A stretch of 19,376 nt of DNA from Promethearchaeota archaeon Loki_b31. Its GTDB lineage: Archaea > Asgardarchaeota > Lokiarchaeia > Sigyniarchaeales > SOKP01. The DNA is taken from contig NJBI01000058.1 in NCBI GenBank assembly GCA_005222975.1, positions 1 to 19,376 on the forward strand, read 5' to 3'. The notes under the pieces are model-generated. The model was not told where the DNA came from. It saw only the letters and a program-made list of their open reading frames with translations, and did not search any database. A program made the position numbers and the translations under genes. Each line of letters opens with the position of its first letter. The stretch's first letter is position 1. This document shows positions 1 through 10,184 of the stretch, piece after piece.

Positions 1-306
1 GACTTTATCGATTCTTTAAATAATAATATCAGCTCTAATCAAAAAAGAAATAGAATTTTGTCGAGTTAGAAGATTTCCAGATTTAATTAAAAATTTAATA
101 GAAATTAATAACTTAGTAACTCAAGAAATTACTTTATTTTTTGTTTAGAAAATATATAAATGTTTAAATATTAAAATTTGAGATTAATATTTTAAAATTA
201 TCTTAGTTACCTTTAGTTCTAGCAATAATTATTTCTAATAAAATAGCGAAGGTAAAAAAAATAAGAACAAAATTAATTATTTTTTTTCAAAGCGGTCTTT
301 TTCAAC

Positions 307-1506
307 TTAATACCGTTTGTTTAATTTTTCTAACAGATTTTTTTTCCGTCTAAGTTTCTTTTTAAGCTCGTTAAGAGCGTCAGCGACCGCATAATCGTAA
401 GGAGTAACTTTATTTTCAGTAGCTCCTTGAATTACTTCAAATGTTTTTTCTGTGATTTTTGATTTAATATATTCAAAAATTTCGTCTGCGTTATTCGCAA
501 CCTTACTCATTAAAATTGCTAAAACCTCTCCAGCATTGGCTACAAAATCAGGGAATGCGATAATACCCTTCTCTTTTAATGCGTCTGTAATACCTTTCGC
601 GTATGGGATATTTGCTGCGGGAACTAATGCAACTGCGTTGATTTTATCGATATTTTTTTGATTTATTACATCTGGACGCGCTCCAGGAATTATGAAATCA
701 GTGTGATAATCTGACGATAATTCAAATAGTCGTTCTTTTGGAATTTTGATAAGGTTTTTACTTATATAATGGCTAATTAAATCGTCTCCATACTCCAACT
801 TTAACTTTAGTAATTCTTCAATATTAAGGCCGTCTTCGTCAAAGATAGCACCATTAATAGTTGAGACTCCCGTTAGAGTAAAGCCTAATTCGTTCAAACT
901 CATAGCTAAAGCAGTTCCTACTTTACCAAAACCCTCTAACATTACATTTGGTTTTTTGGAAGTATTAAGCTTTTTCTTAATTAATTTTTCTAAGTTATTA
1001 TAGATTACTTCTAAACAATAGACTACTCCATAACCCGTAAATAATTCTTCCACGGGAACCCCAAGTTTTACCATACCAATCTCTTTTGGCGCTAAGTTTG
1101 GCACGCCCATTACTTTAAACATTTTTAATAAATCATCGCCGTTGGTTCCCATATCTGGACCGGGGTAATAAACATCGCTTTTAATAAAAGGTTCTATTGA
1201 TTTTGCAAAGCTTGTAAGTAAAATTTCTTTTTTTTCCTTGTCCAGAGGATCCCCCCATATACCTGCTTTTGCCCCTCCAATTTTCATCCTATAAGTACAG
1301 AATTTAAGTGACATTGCCCGGGATAATCTAATCATCTCGTCAAGCGAAATATCGGGAGCAAGTCTTACTCCTCCGGCGGGGATTCCGTAAGCAGAATTGT
1401 CTATAACTAAAACTGCGTTTAAATCCGTTGAAGGGTTTTTTAGAATGATAATTTTTTCGGGTCCAATCTCATCTAACAATGAGTAATCGCGAATACTAAA
1501 ATCCAT
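307..1506 (-). CDS. Glu/Leu/Phe/Val (ELFV) family amino-acid dehydrogenase, probably not glutamate-specific
   Basis: 399 aa. Family motifs GGVR, MSLK, GGAKAG (catalytic Lys), PGPDMGT, TGYGV, Rossmann GFGKVG, AANIP and PDFVANAG. GAGG RBS upstream of ATG. Confidence 0.9.
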   Translation of the reverse strand: MDFSIRDYSLLDEIGPEKIIILKNPSTDLNAVLVIDNSAYGIPAGGVRLAPDISLDEMIRLSRAMSLKFCTYRMKIGGAKAGIWGDPLDKEKKEILLTSFAKSIEPFIKSDVYYPGPDMGTNGDDLLKMFKVMGVPNLAPKEIGMVKLGVPVEELFTGYGVVYCLEVIYNNLEKLIKKKLNTSKKPNVMLEGFGKVGTALAMSLNELGFTLTGVSTINGAIFDEDGLNIEELLKLKLEYGDDLISHYISKNLIKIPKERLFELSSDYHTDFIIPGARPDVINQKNIDKINAVALVPAANIPYAKGITDALKEKGIIAFPDFVANAGEVLAILMSKVANNADEIFEYIKSKITEKTFEVIQGATENKVTPYDYAVADALNELKKKLRRKKNLLEKLNKRY

Positions 1507-1685
1507 CTTAAATTAATCCTCGAAAATTTTTTAAAATAAGAAATAATTGATTAATAATTTGATTGGCTTACTTATATACTTTTAAATTAGCGTTAAGTTA
1601 GTATATTTTCCTATTTTTTGAGAATTTTGTCAAATATTGAAGCTTAATTTGTAACCTTTTTTTATTATCACAAATTTTAATCCTT

Positions 1686-2975
1686 ATGAAAAATAAAAAG
1701 CCAACTTTGTTCGAAGTATATCCGAATTTAAAGGGAAAAGTTCCTTGGATCTCAATATTAACGGGAATACCTTCTGATGTTGATAGGTTAACAGAATTAG
1801 AAAATTACTTGAAATTAAAAGATGGCGAAATATATATTAAGCGTGATGACAAAGATCATAAAATATATGGTGGCAACAAACTCAGAAAGTTTGAATTTAT
1901 TTTTGGGGAGGTTCTAAAGAAAAAAAAGAAAGGTATAATAACTTTGGGAGGAATTGGTACAAATCACGGAGCTGCTTGTGCAATTGTAGCGAAAGAACTC
2001 GGTTTAAAATGTGAACTGTTTTTATCCCTTCAACCAATAACTTGGCATGTTCAGCGTTCTCTCCTGCTATACGATTATTTTGGGGCAAAATTACATTTTA
2101 CAAAGAGTTTTGAACTAGGACTTCTTAAAAGCTTACTTTTTAGATTATTTCATCCAAAATATTATTTAATGTTATACGGAGGGTCACCATTTCTAGGAAT
2201 TGGGACTCCTTTAGGATCTATCGGTTTTATAAACGCTGTTTTTGAATTAAAAAAACAAATAGATGAAGGGATTATACCTGAACCAGATATTATTTTTGTA
2301 GCAGCAGGATCGAGTGGAACATCGGCAGGGTTAACTGCGGGTTGCAAGCTCTTAGGACTAAAAACTAAAGTTTATGCTGTAAATGTTTCTCAAGATATTG
2401 TTGTTAACCCAAAAAACCTAATCAAAATCGCAAATAAATCCATTAAATATTTAAGAAAACGAGATAAATCTATACCGGATGTCCAAGTTAATAAAGGTGA
2501 TTTTGATATGATTAAGGGATATTTGGGCTCTAATTACGGCGTAAAAACAGTTAAGGGGCAAAAAGCGGTAGATTTAGTTTACGAACTAGAGGGGAAAAAG
2601 CTGGGCTTCAAATTAGAAACGACTTATACGGGAAAAACGATGGCAGCAATGTTAGATTTTTTTGAAAAAGAAGAAAATAAATCTAAGAAAGTTCTTTTCT
2701 GGAACACTTATAATTCGAACGATTTGGATAAATATCTTAGAGAAATTGAATTTGATTACGAAAAGTTACCAAAAAAATTTCATAAGTATTACGAGCAACA
2801 AGCCTTCCAATGTTGGCGCCTTGCAAATTGTCCCGAAGAAGTGCGAATAGAATGTCCTGCGTATCTAAACCACGAATATAGGTTCTGGAAAGTTGCTGAG
2901 TGTAAGCTTCCCGAGGAAAAGAAAATAGAAGTTCAAGAAAAAGTGAGAAAGGTTATTGAGTTAGAAGATGCTTAA
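1686..2975 (+). CDS. PLP-dependent D-cysteine desulfhydrase / ACC deaminase family enzyme with a C-terminal Cys-rich extension
   Basis: 429 aa. IYIKRDD...YGGNKLRKFEF (PLP lysine), GGIGTNH, AAGSSGTSAGL (phosphate loop), LETTYTGK, VLFWNT. Confidence 0.88.
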   Translation: MKNKKPTLFEVYPNLKGKVPWISILTGIPSDVDRLTELENYLKLKDGEIYIKRDDKDHKIYGGNKLRKFEFIFGEVLKKKKKGIITLGGIGTNHGAACAIVAKELGLKCELFLSLQPITWHVQRSLLLYDYFGAKLHFTKSFELGLLKSLLFRLFHPKYYLMLYGGSPFLGIGTPLGSIGFINAVFELKKQIDEGIIPEPDIIFVAAGSSGTSAGLTAGCKLLGLKTKVYAVNVSQDIVVNPKNLIKIANKSIKYLRKRDKSIPDVQVNKGDFDMIKGYLGSNYGVKTVKGQKAVDLVYELEGKKLGFKLETTYTGKTMAAMLDFFEKEENKSKKVLFWNTYNSNDLDKYLREIEFDYEKLPKKFHKYYEQQAFQCWRLANCPEEVRIECPAYLNHEYRFWKVAECKLPEEKKIEVQEKVRKVIELEDA

Positions 2976-2989
2976 TCAATTTTATTTAA

Positions 2990-4609
2990 CTAAAGTTCAA
3001 ATTCTTCTATAAGTTGTTTTTGAAGAGTTGGCCGATCTACTTTAGCAAGATGAGTAATTGGCAATTCTTTCTTAAAAACAACTTTTTTTGGCACTTTAAA
3101 GTTCGCTAATTCTTTTTTACATATTTCAATAATTTCACTTTCAACAACTTCTTGTCCGGATTCAGGAACCACTGCAACCCAAACTATTTCGTTATAAATT
3201 TTGTCAGGAATTCCCACTGCTGCAACCATAGCTACCTTTGGATGTTTTACTATTACATCTTCTACTTCTGAAGGAAGAACTGTATAACTGCCAACTCGAA
3301 TAATGAATTTTATCCTTCCTTTGATATAAATCCTACCATCTTCAGTAATATAACCTAAATCTCCAGATCTGCACCAACCATCCTCCGTAAAGGTCGTTTT
3401 ATTTTCCTCGGGCATCTCATAATAGCCAGGTATAGTTAAAGTTCCTTTAAATAACATTTCCCCAATTTCTCCAATAGGCACTTCGTTGTTATTCTCGTCC
3501 ACTATTTTCATTTCTTGGTCAGGTAAGAGCTTGCCAATATAACCTTTGGCTAATTCTTCTAAAGGATCCCCTATATCTGTAAAAGTAACCTCTGGACCTG
3601 ATTCGGTACTTCCATAAGCATTAAGAATATTGGGACAGATTTTATCTCGCATCCCAGTTAACAAGTCCATACTTACCTTTTCACCACTTATAATAGATAT
3701 TAATAGAGAAGATGTATTAAAATTATTTAAATCAGGTAAACTTAGCATTATTGCGTACATTGTAGGAACTCCTCCAATTAATTGAAGTTTAAACCTTTTA
3801 ATTGCCCTTAAAACTGCGTACGGATTCCATTGTTCTTGTAACACAATTTCGCAACCAGCCACTAAAACTGTTCCCATTATTTCAATTGACCCTCCAGCGT
3901 GACTTGGGGGAAAATTATTTAACATTTTAAACCTTGGTTTTTACCCTAAAGGTACTCCTTTTTCGTGAATATAAGTCGCTTCAAGGAAACTAGCATGGGC
4001 AATATTTTTATGCGTTAATAAGGCTGATTTTGGCACGCCTGTGGTACCCCCCGTAAATATAATTAAAGCACCGTCGTCTGGACTCAATTTAGAACGCGCC
4101 TTTTTTAACTCTTCGCTTAGTCCATAATCTTTTTCTAATAATTCTTCAAAGGGAGTGCCGAACTCGTCTTTCCCAATCATAAAATACTTTATATTAGGAT
4201 TAAAATTTGAACTAAGGTTCTTTATCAAATTTGCGATGTCGTAACCCCGTGCTTTTCCAATTAAGAATACAAGTTTAGGGTCAACATGAGGTATGAATCT
4301 CTGAAAATCAGCGGATCTGAAACGAACGTCCATAGGTACGCAAATGGCTCCGATTGAGTTAGCTGCTAAATATATAAGTGGATATTCCATAATCATTGGG
4401 ATAATAGTTATAATTGTATCGCCTTTTTTAACTCCCAAGCTAAGAAACACTTCCGCTAAATGATCGATAGCGTCAGCTAATTGCTGGGCGTTATATTTCT
4501 TCCATTTAAACTTGATAAAAGGGAACTCTGGATCTATGGAAGCCCAATGATGCACATATTGCCATAAATAATCTAATTTTGGGATTTTAAAAGTAATATA
4601 AATCACCAA
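2990..4609 (-). pseudogene. Long-chain acyl-CoA synthetase (AMP-forming, class I adenylate-forming enzyme) interrupted by one in-frame TAA at 3941-3943
   Basis: ORFs 3941..4609 and 2990..3925 share one frame and read ...KGVPLG*KPRFKMLNNFPPSH.... The N-half has the AMP-binding loop FTGGTTGVPK; the C-half has YGSTE, SGDLG, KGRIK and the terminal KVDR lysine. Joined length is about 540 codons, typical of the family. Could be a sequencing error rather than a real pseudogene. Confidence 0.8.
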
Positions 4610-4641
4610 TTTTCTTATTTTGATTTATATTCTATTTATAT

Positions 4642-6141
4642 TTAATTAGTCTTTAACTCTTTGATATCAGAAATAATTCTTTTGAGTAATTCATATATTT
4701 TTCCAACATCAGAGATCTTTAATCTTTCGCTCGGAGAATGCAGCCCCTCCACTGTGGGACCAAGTGATACCATTTGGAGTCCTGAAATCTTAGTACTAAT
4801 CATTCCAGTTTCTAATCCCCCATGAATAATGTTAGTTTTTACGGGTTTTTCCAGTAAGGCATCATATTGTTTTTTAACATATTCTAAAAACTTAGATTCT
4901 AGATCTGGTAACCATTCTGGTAAAACAGGTCTTAAAAAAACACTCCAACATCCAAGTTCTCCTAGTTGTTTCATAGAAACACAAAATGAGTTCAATTCAC
5001 TTCTTATTATGCTACGAGGATAAAGCCAAATAATTTCGTTGTCGTTTTCAGTGTTAACGATGGCAAGATTATTTGAACTTTCTACAAATCCCTCATAAAT
5101 GTGGGATTTTTTAAGCACGCCATGAGGTATTATATGAATAGTCGATATCAATAATCTTGAATCCTCATTTGACAAATAATTGTCAGGAGAAACATTCTTA
5201 TTTTCAATTTTAAGGTTAGGTTCAAATTTCTCATAATATTGATAAATAGATGAGATTTCTTCATTTAACAATTCTTCAAATTTCTCGTGATTTTTTACAT
5301 TAATCCCAAATTTTATTAAAGATTTAGCCGGGATAACATTTGATTTAGTACCACCTTGCCATTTGCAGACATAAATTTTAATTTCTTGATGGATTTTTGA
5401 TAAAATTCTACTCACTAACTTATTTGCATTAGCTCTAGGTAAGTGAATAGCTCCTCCCGAATGTCCACTTAATAGTCCATGAACTAAAAGTTCATAGAAT
5501 TCCAAATTATCTCTTTCTTTATATTCTTTCCAAGTAAATATTTTTGAAAACCTTACTCTTCTTCCACAAACAGAACCAATTACAATTTCTTCGAGAGGTC
5601 CACCATCTAAATTAATCATTAATTTACTTTCTATTCTAAGTTTTGAAGGATCTAATAAGGTTGCTCCATCAAAGCCATCTTCTTCATTCACAGTTAATAA
5701 AACTTCAATGGGTCCGTGGGATTCAATCGAAGTATCAACTAAAATAGCTATCGCAAGTGCAACTCCAATACCATCGTCAGCGCCTAGTGTAGTTCCATCC
5801 GCATCAACCCATTCATTATTTTTTTGAATGCGTATTGGTATCCCTTTATTAAAGAAATCAAAACCTTCGGGTTTATCAGTTTCACAAACCATATCAAGGT
5901 GAGCTTGAAGCATTATTGGTGGATTTGATTCTAATCCTGAAGTTGCAGTTTTCTTGATTAAAATATTTCCAACATCATCTTGGAATAATTTGTAATCAAT
6001 ATTATTTGATTTGCCAACCTCTAATATAAAATCTTTTATCACTTCACGGATTCTTTCTTCATGTCTAGAAGGTCTTGGGGTATTTGATATCATTTCAAAA
6101 ATATCCCATACAATTTTAGGTTTTAAATTTTCTAATACCAT
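4642..6141 (-). CDS. pepD: Aminoacyl-histidine (beta-Ala-His) dipeptidase, peptidase M20C
   Basis: 499 aa. PRPSRHE, LQAHLDMV, TTLGADDGIG, NEEDG, GHSG, IHGGLETG, LHSPSE motifs. GAGG RBS. Confidence 0.9.
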   Translation of the reverse strand: MVLENLKPKIVWDIFEMISNTPRPSRHEERIREVIKDFILEVGKSNNIDYKLFQDDVGNILIKKTATSGLESNPPIMLQAHLDMVCETDKPEGFDFFNKGIPIRIQKNNEWVDADGTTLGADDGIGVALAIAILVDTSIESHGPIEVLLTVNEEDGFDGATLLDPSKLRIESKLMINLDGGPLEEIVIGSVCGRRVRFSKIFTWKEYKERDNLEFYELLVHGLLSGHSGGAIHLPRANANKLVSRILSKIHQEIKIYVCKWQGGTKSNVIPAKSLIKFGINVKNHEKFEELLNEEISSIYQYYEKFEPNLKIENKNVSPDNYLSNEDSRLLISTIHIIPHGVLKKSHIYEGFVESSNNLAIVNTENDNEIIWLYPRSIIRSELNSFCVSMKQLGELGCWSVFLRPVLPEWLPDLESKFLEYVKKQYDALLEKPVKTNIIHGGLETGMISTKISGLQMVSLGPTVEGLHSPSERLKISDVGKIYELLKRIISDIKELKTN

Positions 6142-6243
6142 TATTATCCTCTAATTAGCTATTTATTATTGTTTTCTATGTTAATAGATTATTTAACATA
6201 GGATATATTTTAATGCAAAATCTTTTAATTTTGAATAGTAAAA

Positions 6244-7200
6244 ATGATTTTTTTAATGTATCTTTTATTGTTTCTTATGATTTTTTTATGGGGATTCTCT
6301 TTTATAGTTGTTGATATCGCTATGGATTTTGTACCTCCGCTCTCAATTGCTTTATATAGGTTAATAATTGCCGCAATTTCTATGACTATTGTTGATTGGT
6401 ATTTAAGAAAAAAAAAAAATAAACCCTTGACAAATTCTTTAATAGAAAGTGAAGATGAGAATTCTAATAAGCAATATTGGCTGTTTATATTTTTAGCAAG
6501 TTTAGCAGGAGTGTCCCTATATCTTTTTATAATCTACTCAACTATAGATTTGATAGGTCCGTCAATACCTGTATTTTCAGATTGCTTGATTAACCCCATG
6601 CTTATTACAATTATTGCTCTTGTTGTTTTCAAAGAGAAGTTAAACAAGAAAAATATAATAGGTTTAGCTATAGCCTCTTTTGGAGCATTTTTATTAATAA
6701 CGGGAGGTAATTTAGGAGTTCTTCAACCTGATTCACCCAATTTTTTAGGATATATCCTTTCTCTTTTAGCTCCTTTAAGTTGGACAAGTTATACGATCGT
6801 TATAAAAAAATTGAAAAAATACAATAGATTCAAGTCTGATTTTCAAAATCTTAAAAATATCTCTATATTTGGATGTTTAGAATTATTTCTCTTTGTTATT
6901 CTAAGTAATCAATTTGATGTGTTTCTTAATAATATCTTAAATGTCGTTGTTTTTCTGTGCGCTTTATACCTCGCTTTAGGACCTTTCGTAATCGGTTATT
7001 ACATTTGGAATTTTTCTCTTAAGAAGCTAAAATCTTCAAATGTTGCATCGTTTTTGTACTTGCAACCGTTTTTGACCTTAATTTTATCAATTATCTTTCA
7101 GCGCGACGATGTTATCGGTTTATGGAATATAATTGGAGGGTTTGTTGTAATGATCGCAATAATGATAATTAACTATAAAAAGCAAATTCCTTCTAATTGA
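6244..7200 (+). CDS. DMT superfamily / EamA-type transporter
   Basis: 318 aa, about 10 hydrophobic segments in two repeats. LWGFSF, PPLSIALYR, FKEKL, ASFLYLQP motifs. Exact start among nearby Met codons is uncertain. Confidence 0.88.
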   Translation: MIFLMYLLLFLMIFLWGFSFIVVDIAMDFVPPLSIALYRLIIAAISMTIVDWYLRKKKNKPLTNSLIESEDENSNKQYWLFIFLASLAGVSLYLFIIYSTIDLIGPSIPVFSDCLINPMLITIIALVVFKEKLNKKNIIGLAIASFGAFLLITGGNLGVLQPDSPNFLGYILSLLAPLSWTSYTIVIKKLKKYNRFKSDFQNLKNISIFGCLELFLFVILSNQFDVFLNNILNVVVFLCALYLALGPFVIGYYIWNFSLKKLKSSNVASFLYLQPFLTLILSIIFQRDDVIGLWNIIGGFVVMIAIMIINYKKQIPSN

Positions 7201-7336
7201 ACACATTTCGAAAGGTTTGAGTTCTTTTAAATTAATTTCCTTTACCAATTCTGACAAAAAACTTTTTATGCCGAAATTAATTGAAGTACTTATAATATTT
7301 TGCTAACTAAATGAAAGAAAAGAAGTGGAAAAGATT

Positions 7337-8104
7337 ATGGAAGATATTATCTTATATGAAAGACAAGGGAATATTGGAAAGATAACTCTAAATAAGCCAG
7401 AACAAAGGAATACAATAGATATACATGTTCTCAAAAAGTTAATAGGCTACTTCAAACAAAGCGCTGAAAATGGCGATGTATGCGTTATTTATGCTGCTAA
7501 CGGGAAGCACTTTACTGTTGGTGCTGATTTGAAATATGGCTATGATTTACTTACTAACAAAGAAAGATTGGCTGAGGCCATTGAATTTCTTGAATCTTGG
7601 CAAATTCTCACTCGAGCTATGTTAGCACATCCAGGAATAATAATTGTTGGATATCACGGCTGGGTAATTGGGGGCGGTTTTGAGCATACACTTATATGTG
7701 ACTTGAAAATTGCCGCAACGGATACACGAATCATGTTGCCAGAAGTAGGAGTTGGACTTTTCTTTTCAAACGCGTCTACAAAGTTATTGCCTAGAATTGT
7801 CGGGGAAACTCGAGCAAAACAGATTATGCTTCTTGGAAATGAGATCTCTGCTGAAGAGGCTCTAAATATAGGCTTAATAAATCAAGTTTGTAAACCAGAA
7901 GGCCTAAATCGTATTCTAAAAAAAACTGCGAACATGATCGTTTCAAGAGGCCACCTTGCTCTTCAGTATACAAAGAAGTTTATAAATGAAAACCAAGATT
8001 TAAGTATTGAATCCGTTTTAGCACGCGAATCAATAGCAATGATTACAACTGGGCAGTCTGAAGAACTTAAAAAAAGACTTGAAAAATTTGTTAAGAAAGA
8101 GTAA
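7337..8104 (+). CDS. Enoyl-CoA hydratase/isomerase (crotonase) family protein
   Basis: ITLNKPEQRN, FTVGADL (oxyanion hole), GGGFE and LPEVGVG (both catalytic Glu positions present), ISAEEALNIGLIN. ATG at 7337 preferred; alternative GTG at 7325. Confidence 0.9.
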   Translation: MEDIILYERQGNIGKITLNKPEQRNTIDIHVLKKLIGYFKQSAENGDVCVIYAANGKHFTVGADLKYGYDLLTNKERLAEAIEFLESWQILTRAMLAHPGIIIVGYHGWVIGGGFEHTLICDLKIAATDTRIMLPEVGVGLFFSNASTKLLPRIVGETRAKQIMLLGNEISAEEALNIGLINQVCKPEGLNRILKKTANMIVSRGHLALQYTKKFINENQDLSIESVLARESIAMITTGQSEELKKRLEKFVKKE

Positions 8105-8114
8105 AGAATTGTAA

Positions 8115-8567
8115 TTATTGATTAAAATCTCTGAAAAAATCAGTTATTTTGATTAAATTATTGTTATTCATGTCCATAATTAACCTTACAATAATACCTT
8201 TGACAAGGAGCGTATCTTTTGATTTATTGTTTTTATAACAATCCATCGCAAGAGTTATAGAGGTGTTTCCTACTTTTATAACTCGAGTGTGAATAAAAAT
8301 TTTATCGCCGAAAGTAGCCGATCCAAAATATTCAATTTCCACCTTTCTAACTGGAAAAACAATCCTTTCTTTGTGTAGCGCGCCACAATCTTTATTAAGC
8401 TTTTGTACAAAACTTATGAAGCCATCGTCAAAATAATTAAGATATTTGTTAGAATGGACAACCTGCATCAAATCAGTATCGTCGACTCTAACTTCAATTT
8501 CTTTAAAATCCTCAATTCCAAGCAGTTTATCTATTACTACCTTATCTTTCTCATTAACTTCCTTCAT
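8115..8567 (-). CDS. Acyl-CoA thioesterase (4HBT/YbgC hotdog fold)
   Basis: 150 aa. VRVDDTDLMQVVHSNKYLNYFD signature, EIEY...FGD and VGNTS. GGAG RBS. Confidence 0.88.
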   Translation of the reverse strand: MKEVNEKDKVVIDKLLGIEDFKEIEVRVDDTDLMQVVHSNKYLNYFDDGFISFVQKLNKDCGALHKERIVFPVRKVEIEYFGSATFGDKIFIHTRVIKVGNTSITLAMDCYKNNKSKDTLLVKGIIVRLIMDMNNNNLIKITDFFRDFNQ

Positions 8568-8651
8568 AATAACTCCAAAAACTACTAACCTAATAACTTA
8601 ATAATTTTTAATAATAATTTAATAGAAAAAAAATAAACTAAAAGCAAGTAT

Positions 8652-10184
8652 TTATTTCTCTAATTTTTTTCCTTTCATAGCTTTTCGAAATTTCTCAAGT
8701 TGTTTTCTAGGAGTAACAGTTGGTCTTTCGTATCTTTTCAATTTGGACTTAATTCCAAAAAGGTACTTAGAAATATTTTTCAGTTTCTCAAGATCATAAC
8801 GCATCATCATAGTTATAGTTTCCATTGACGGCGATCCTCCCCCATGTAAGCCAGCTACTTGTAATAGACCGGCAAATTCTGAAACCGCGAAAGCTTCAAT
8901 GCCTCTAAAACAGCGTAAAATATTTTCTGGTTTAATTCTTGGATTTCTCTTCATATATTTCATAGCAAGTTCACCAACATCTTCAGAGAAGAAAGATCCT
9001 TCGTAAGGTAGTGTTGCAATAAGACCGCCAGAAAGGTCTGCTAAAACCTTATACTCATCGTAAATCATTTCTCCTGCAAGTCTCCTTCCTGCGTTGGTTA
9101 AAATCTCGTCTGGAACTTGTGTTCCAGAAGGCGCTTTTTCAGAGTGTTTTGCACTAGATTCGCCGGCAGCAAAAACGAGTTCCGCAGTACCTATAAGGTG
9201 AGAAAGTTTGTCTTGAACATGAGATGTTTTTTCAATGCCATTATATTCTGCAACTAATGCTGCAGCACTCGCTATAACTTCTGTTAAGGCAGGCTTACAG
9301 CCAGTATAACTATGGCGGTGAAAGTGAGCAAACATAAGTGCTAGAAAACCAGCATATGCCGTTTGCCTAGGATCTCCATTACCATTTAAAAAAATCCTAT
9401 CGTTGGGAACAAAAACATCGTCAAAGATAATAAAAGTCTCAGCGTCTCCAAATTTCCCAGCAGGAAATTCCATGTGTTTACTTTTTCTAAAGTTAGCAGG
9501 TCTCGTTAATAGTTTTACTCCATCCCAATCTGTAGGTAATGCAAATGATACGGCGTAATCTTTATCTTCCGGGCCCATATACCTACAAGGGACTACAATC
9601 AGCTCATCTGCGTATGGTGTGTTTGTAATGCTAACTTTACACCCTCTAACAACTATTCCATCTTCTCTCGTTTCAATAACCCTTAAATATTGATCTGGGT
9701 CTTCTTGTTCGTGAGGTCTCTTCAAACGATCTCCTTTAGCATCAGTTTGAGCCGCACTAGCGACTAAATCGTTCTCTTGAAAATATTCTAAATATTTCTT
9801 AAACCTTTCATAATGATCGGTGCCAAGCGCTTGGTCTAACTCGTATGTAATTACGCTAAGTGCGTTTAAAGCGTCGCACCCCATACACCTTTGAATGCAT
9901 CCCCCTACTCTATGACATAATAATCGCGTCATTAACTGCTTTTTTAAAAGATCCTCTTCGCTCTGATGGATGTGGCAAAACCGGTTAATTTTCTTTCCAG
10001 TTAAATGAGAGGTAACTACACATAAATCTTCAAATTCCTCGCTATGAGCGCAGTCATAGGTAACTTTTATGATATTTTGACCACCCTGTAATCGAGGGTC
10101 ATCCCGACCTACTAATTCGTCACCAATGTAAATATTTGGCTTCATTTTATATAATCGGGCTAAATAATCTTCAAATGTTTTCAA
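8652..10184 (-). CDS. abfD: 4-hydroxybutyryl-CoA dehydratase / vinylacetyl-CoA isomerase (FAD, [4Fe-4S]; HpaB-like fold)
   Basis: 510 aa. INRF, GGCIQRCMGCD (CxxxC), AQTDAKGDR, HRHSYTGCK (His and Cys cluster ligands), LHGGGSP. TTG start with GAGG RBS. Confidence 0.85.
   Translation of the reverse strand: MKTFEDYLARLYKMKPNIYIGDELVGRDDPRLQGGQNIIKVTYDCAHSEEFEDLCVVTSHLTGKKINRFCHIHQSEEDLLKKQLMTRLLCHRVGGCIQRCMGCDALNALSVITYELDQALGTDHYERFKKYLEYFQENDLVASAAQTDAKGDRLKRPHEQEDPDQYLRVIETREDGIVVRGCKVSITNTPYADELIVVPCRYMGPEDKDYAVSFALPTDWDGVKLLTRPANFRKSKHMEFPAGKFGDAETFIIFDDVFVPNDRIFLNGNGDPRQTAYAGFLALMFAHFHRHSYTGCKPALTEVIASAAALVAEYNGIEKTSHVQDKLSHLIGTAELVFAAGESSAKHSEKAPSGTQVPDEILTNAGRRLAGEMIYDEYKVLADLSGGLIATLPYEGSFFSEDVGELAMKYMKRNPRIKPENILRCFRGIEAFAVSEFAGLLQVAGLHGGGSPSMETITMMMRYDLEKLKNISKYLFGIKSKLKRYERPTVTPRKQLEKFRKAMKGKKLEK

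Noticed and set aside
1-69. Open + frame from the window edge (DFIDSLNNNISSNQKRNRILSS*), possible 3' end of a gene
   Set aside because: Too short to support without upstream sequence.
3941-3943. Selenocysteine or pyrrolysine readthrough
   Set aside because: The codon is TAA, not TGA or TAG, and lies in a variable loop rather than a catalytic site.
8652-10184. 4-hydroxyphenylacetate 3-monooxygenase (HpaB) annotation
   Set aside because: Same fold, but the Fe-S ligands (CxxxC, His, Cys) diagnostic of 4-hydroxybutyryl-CoA dehydratase are present.
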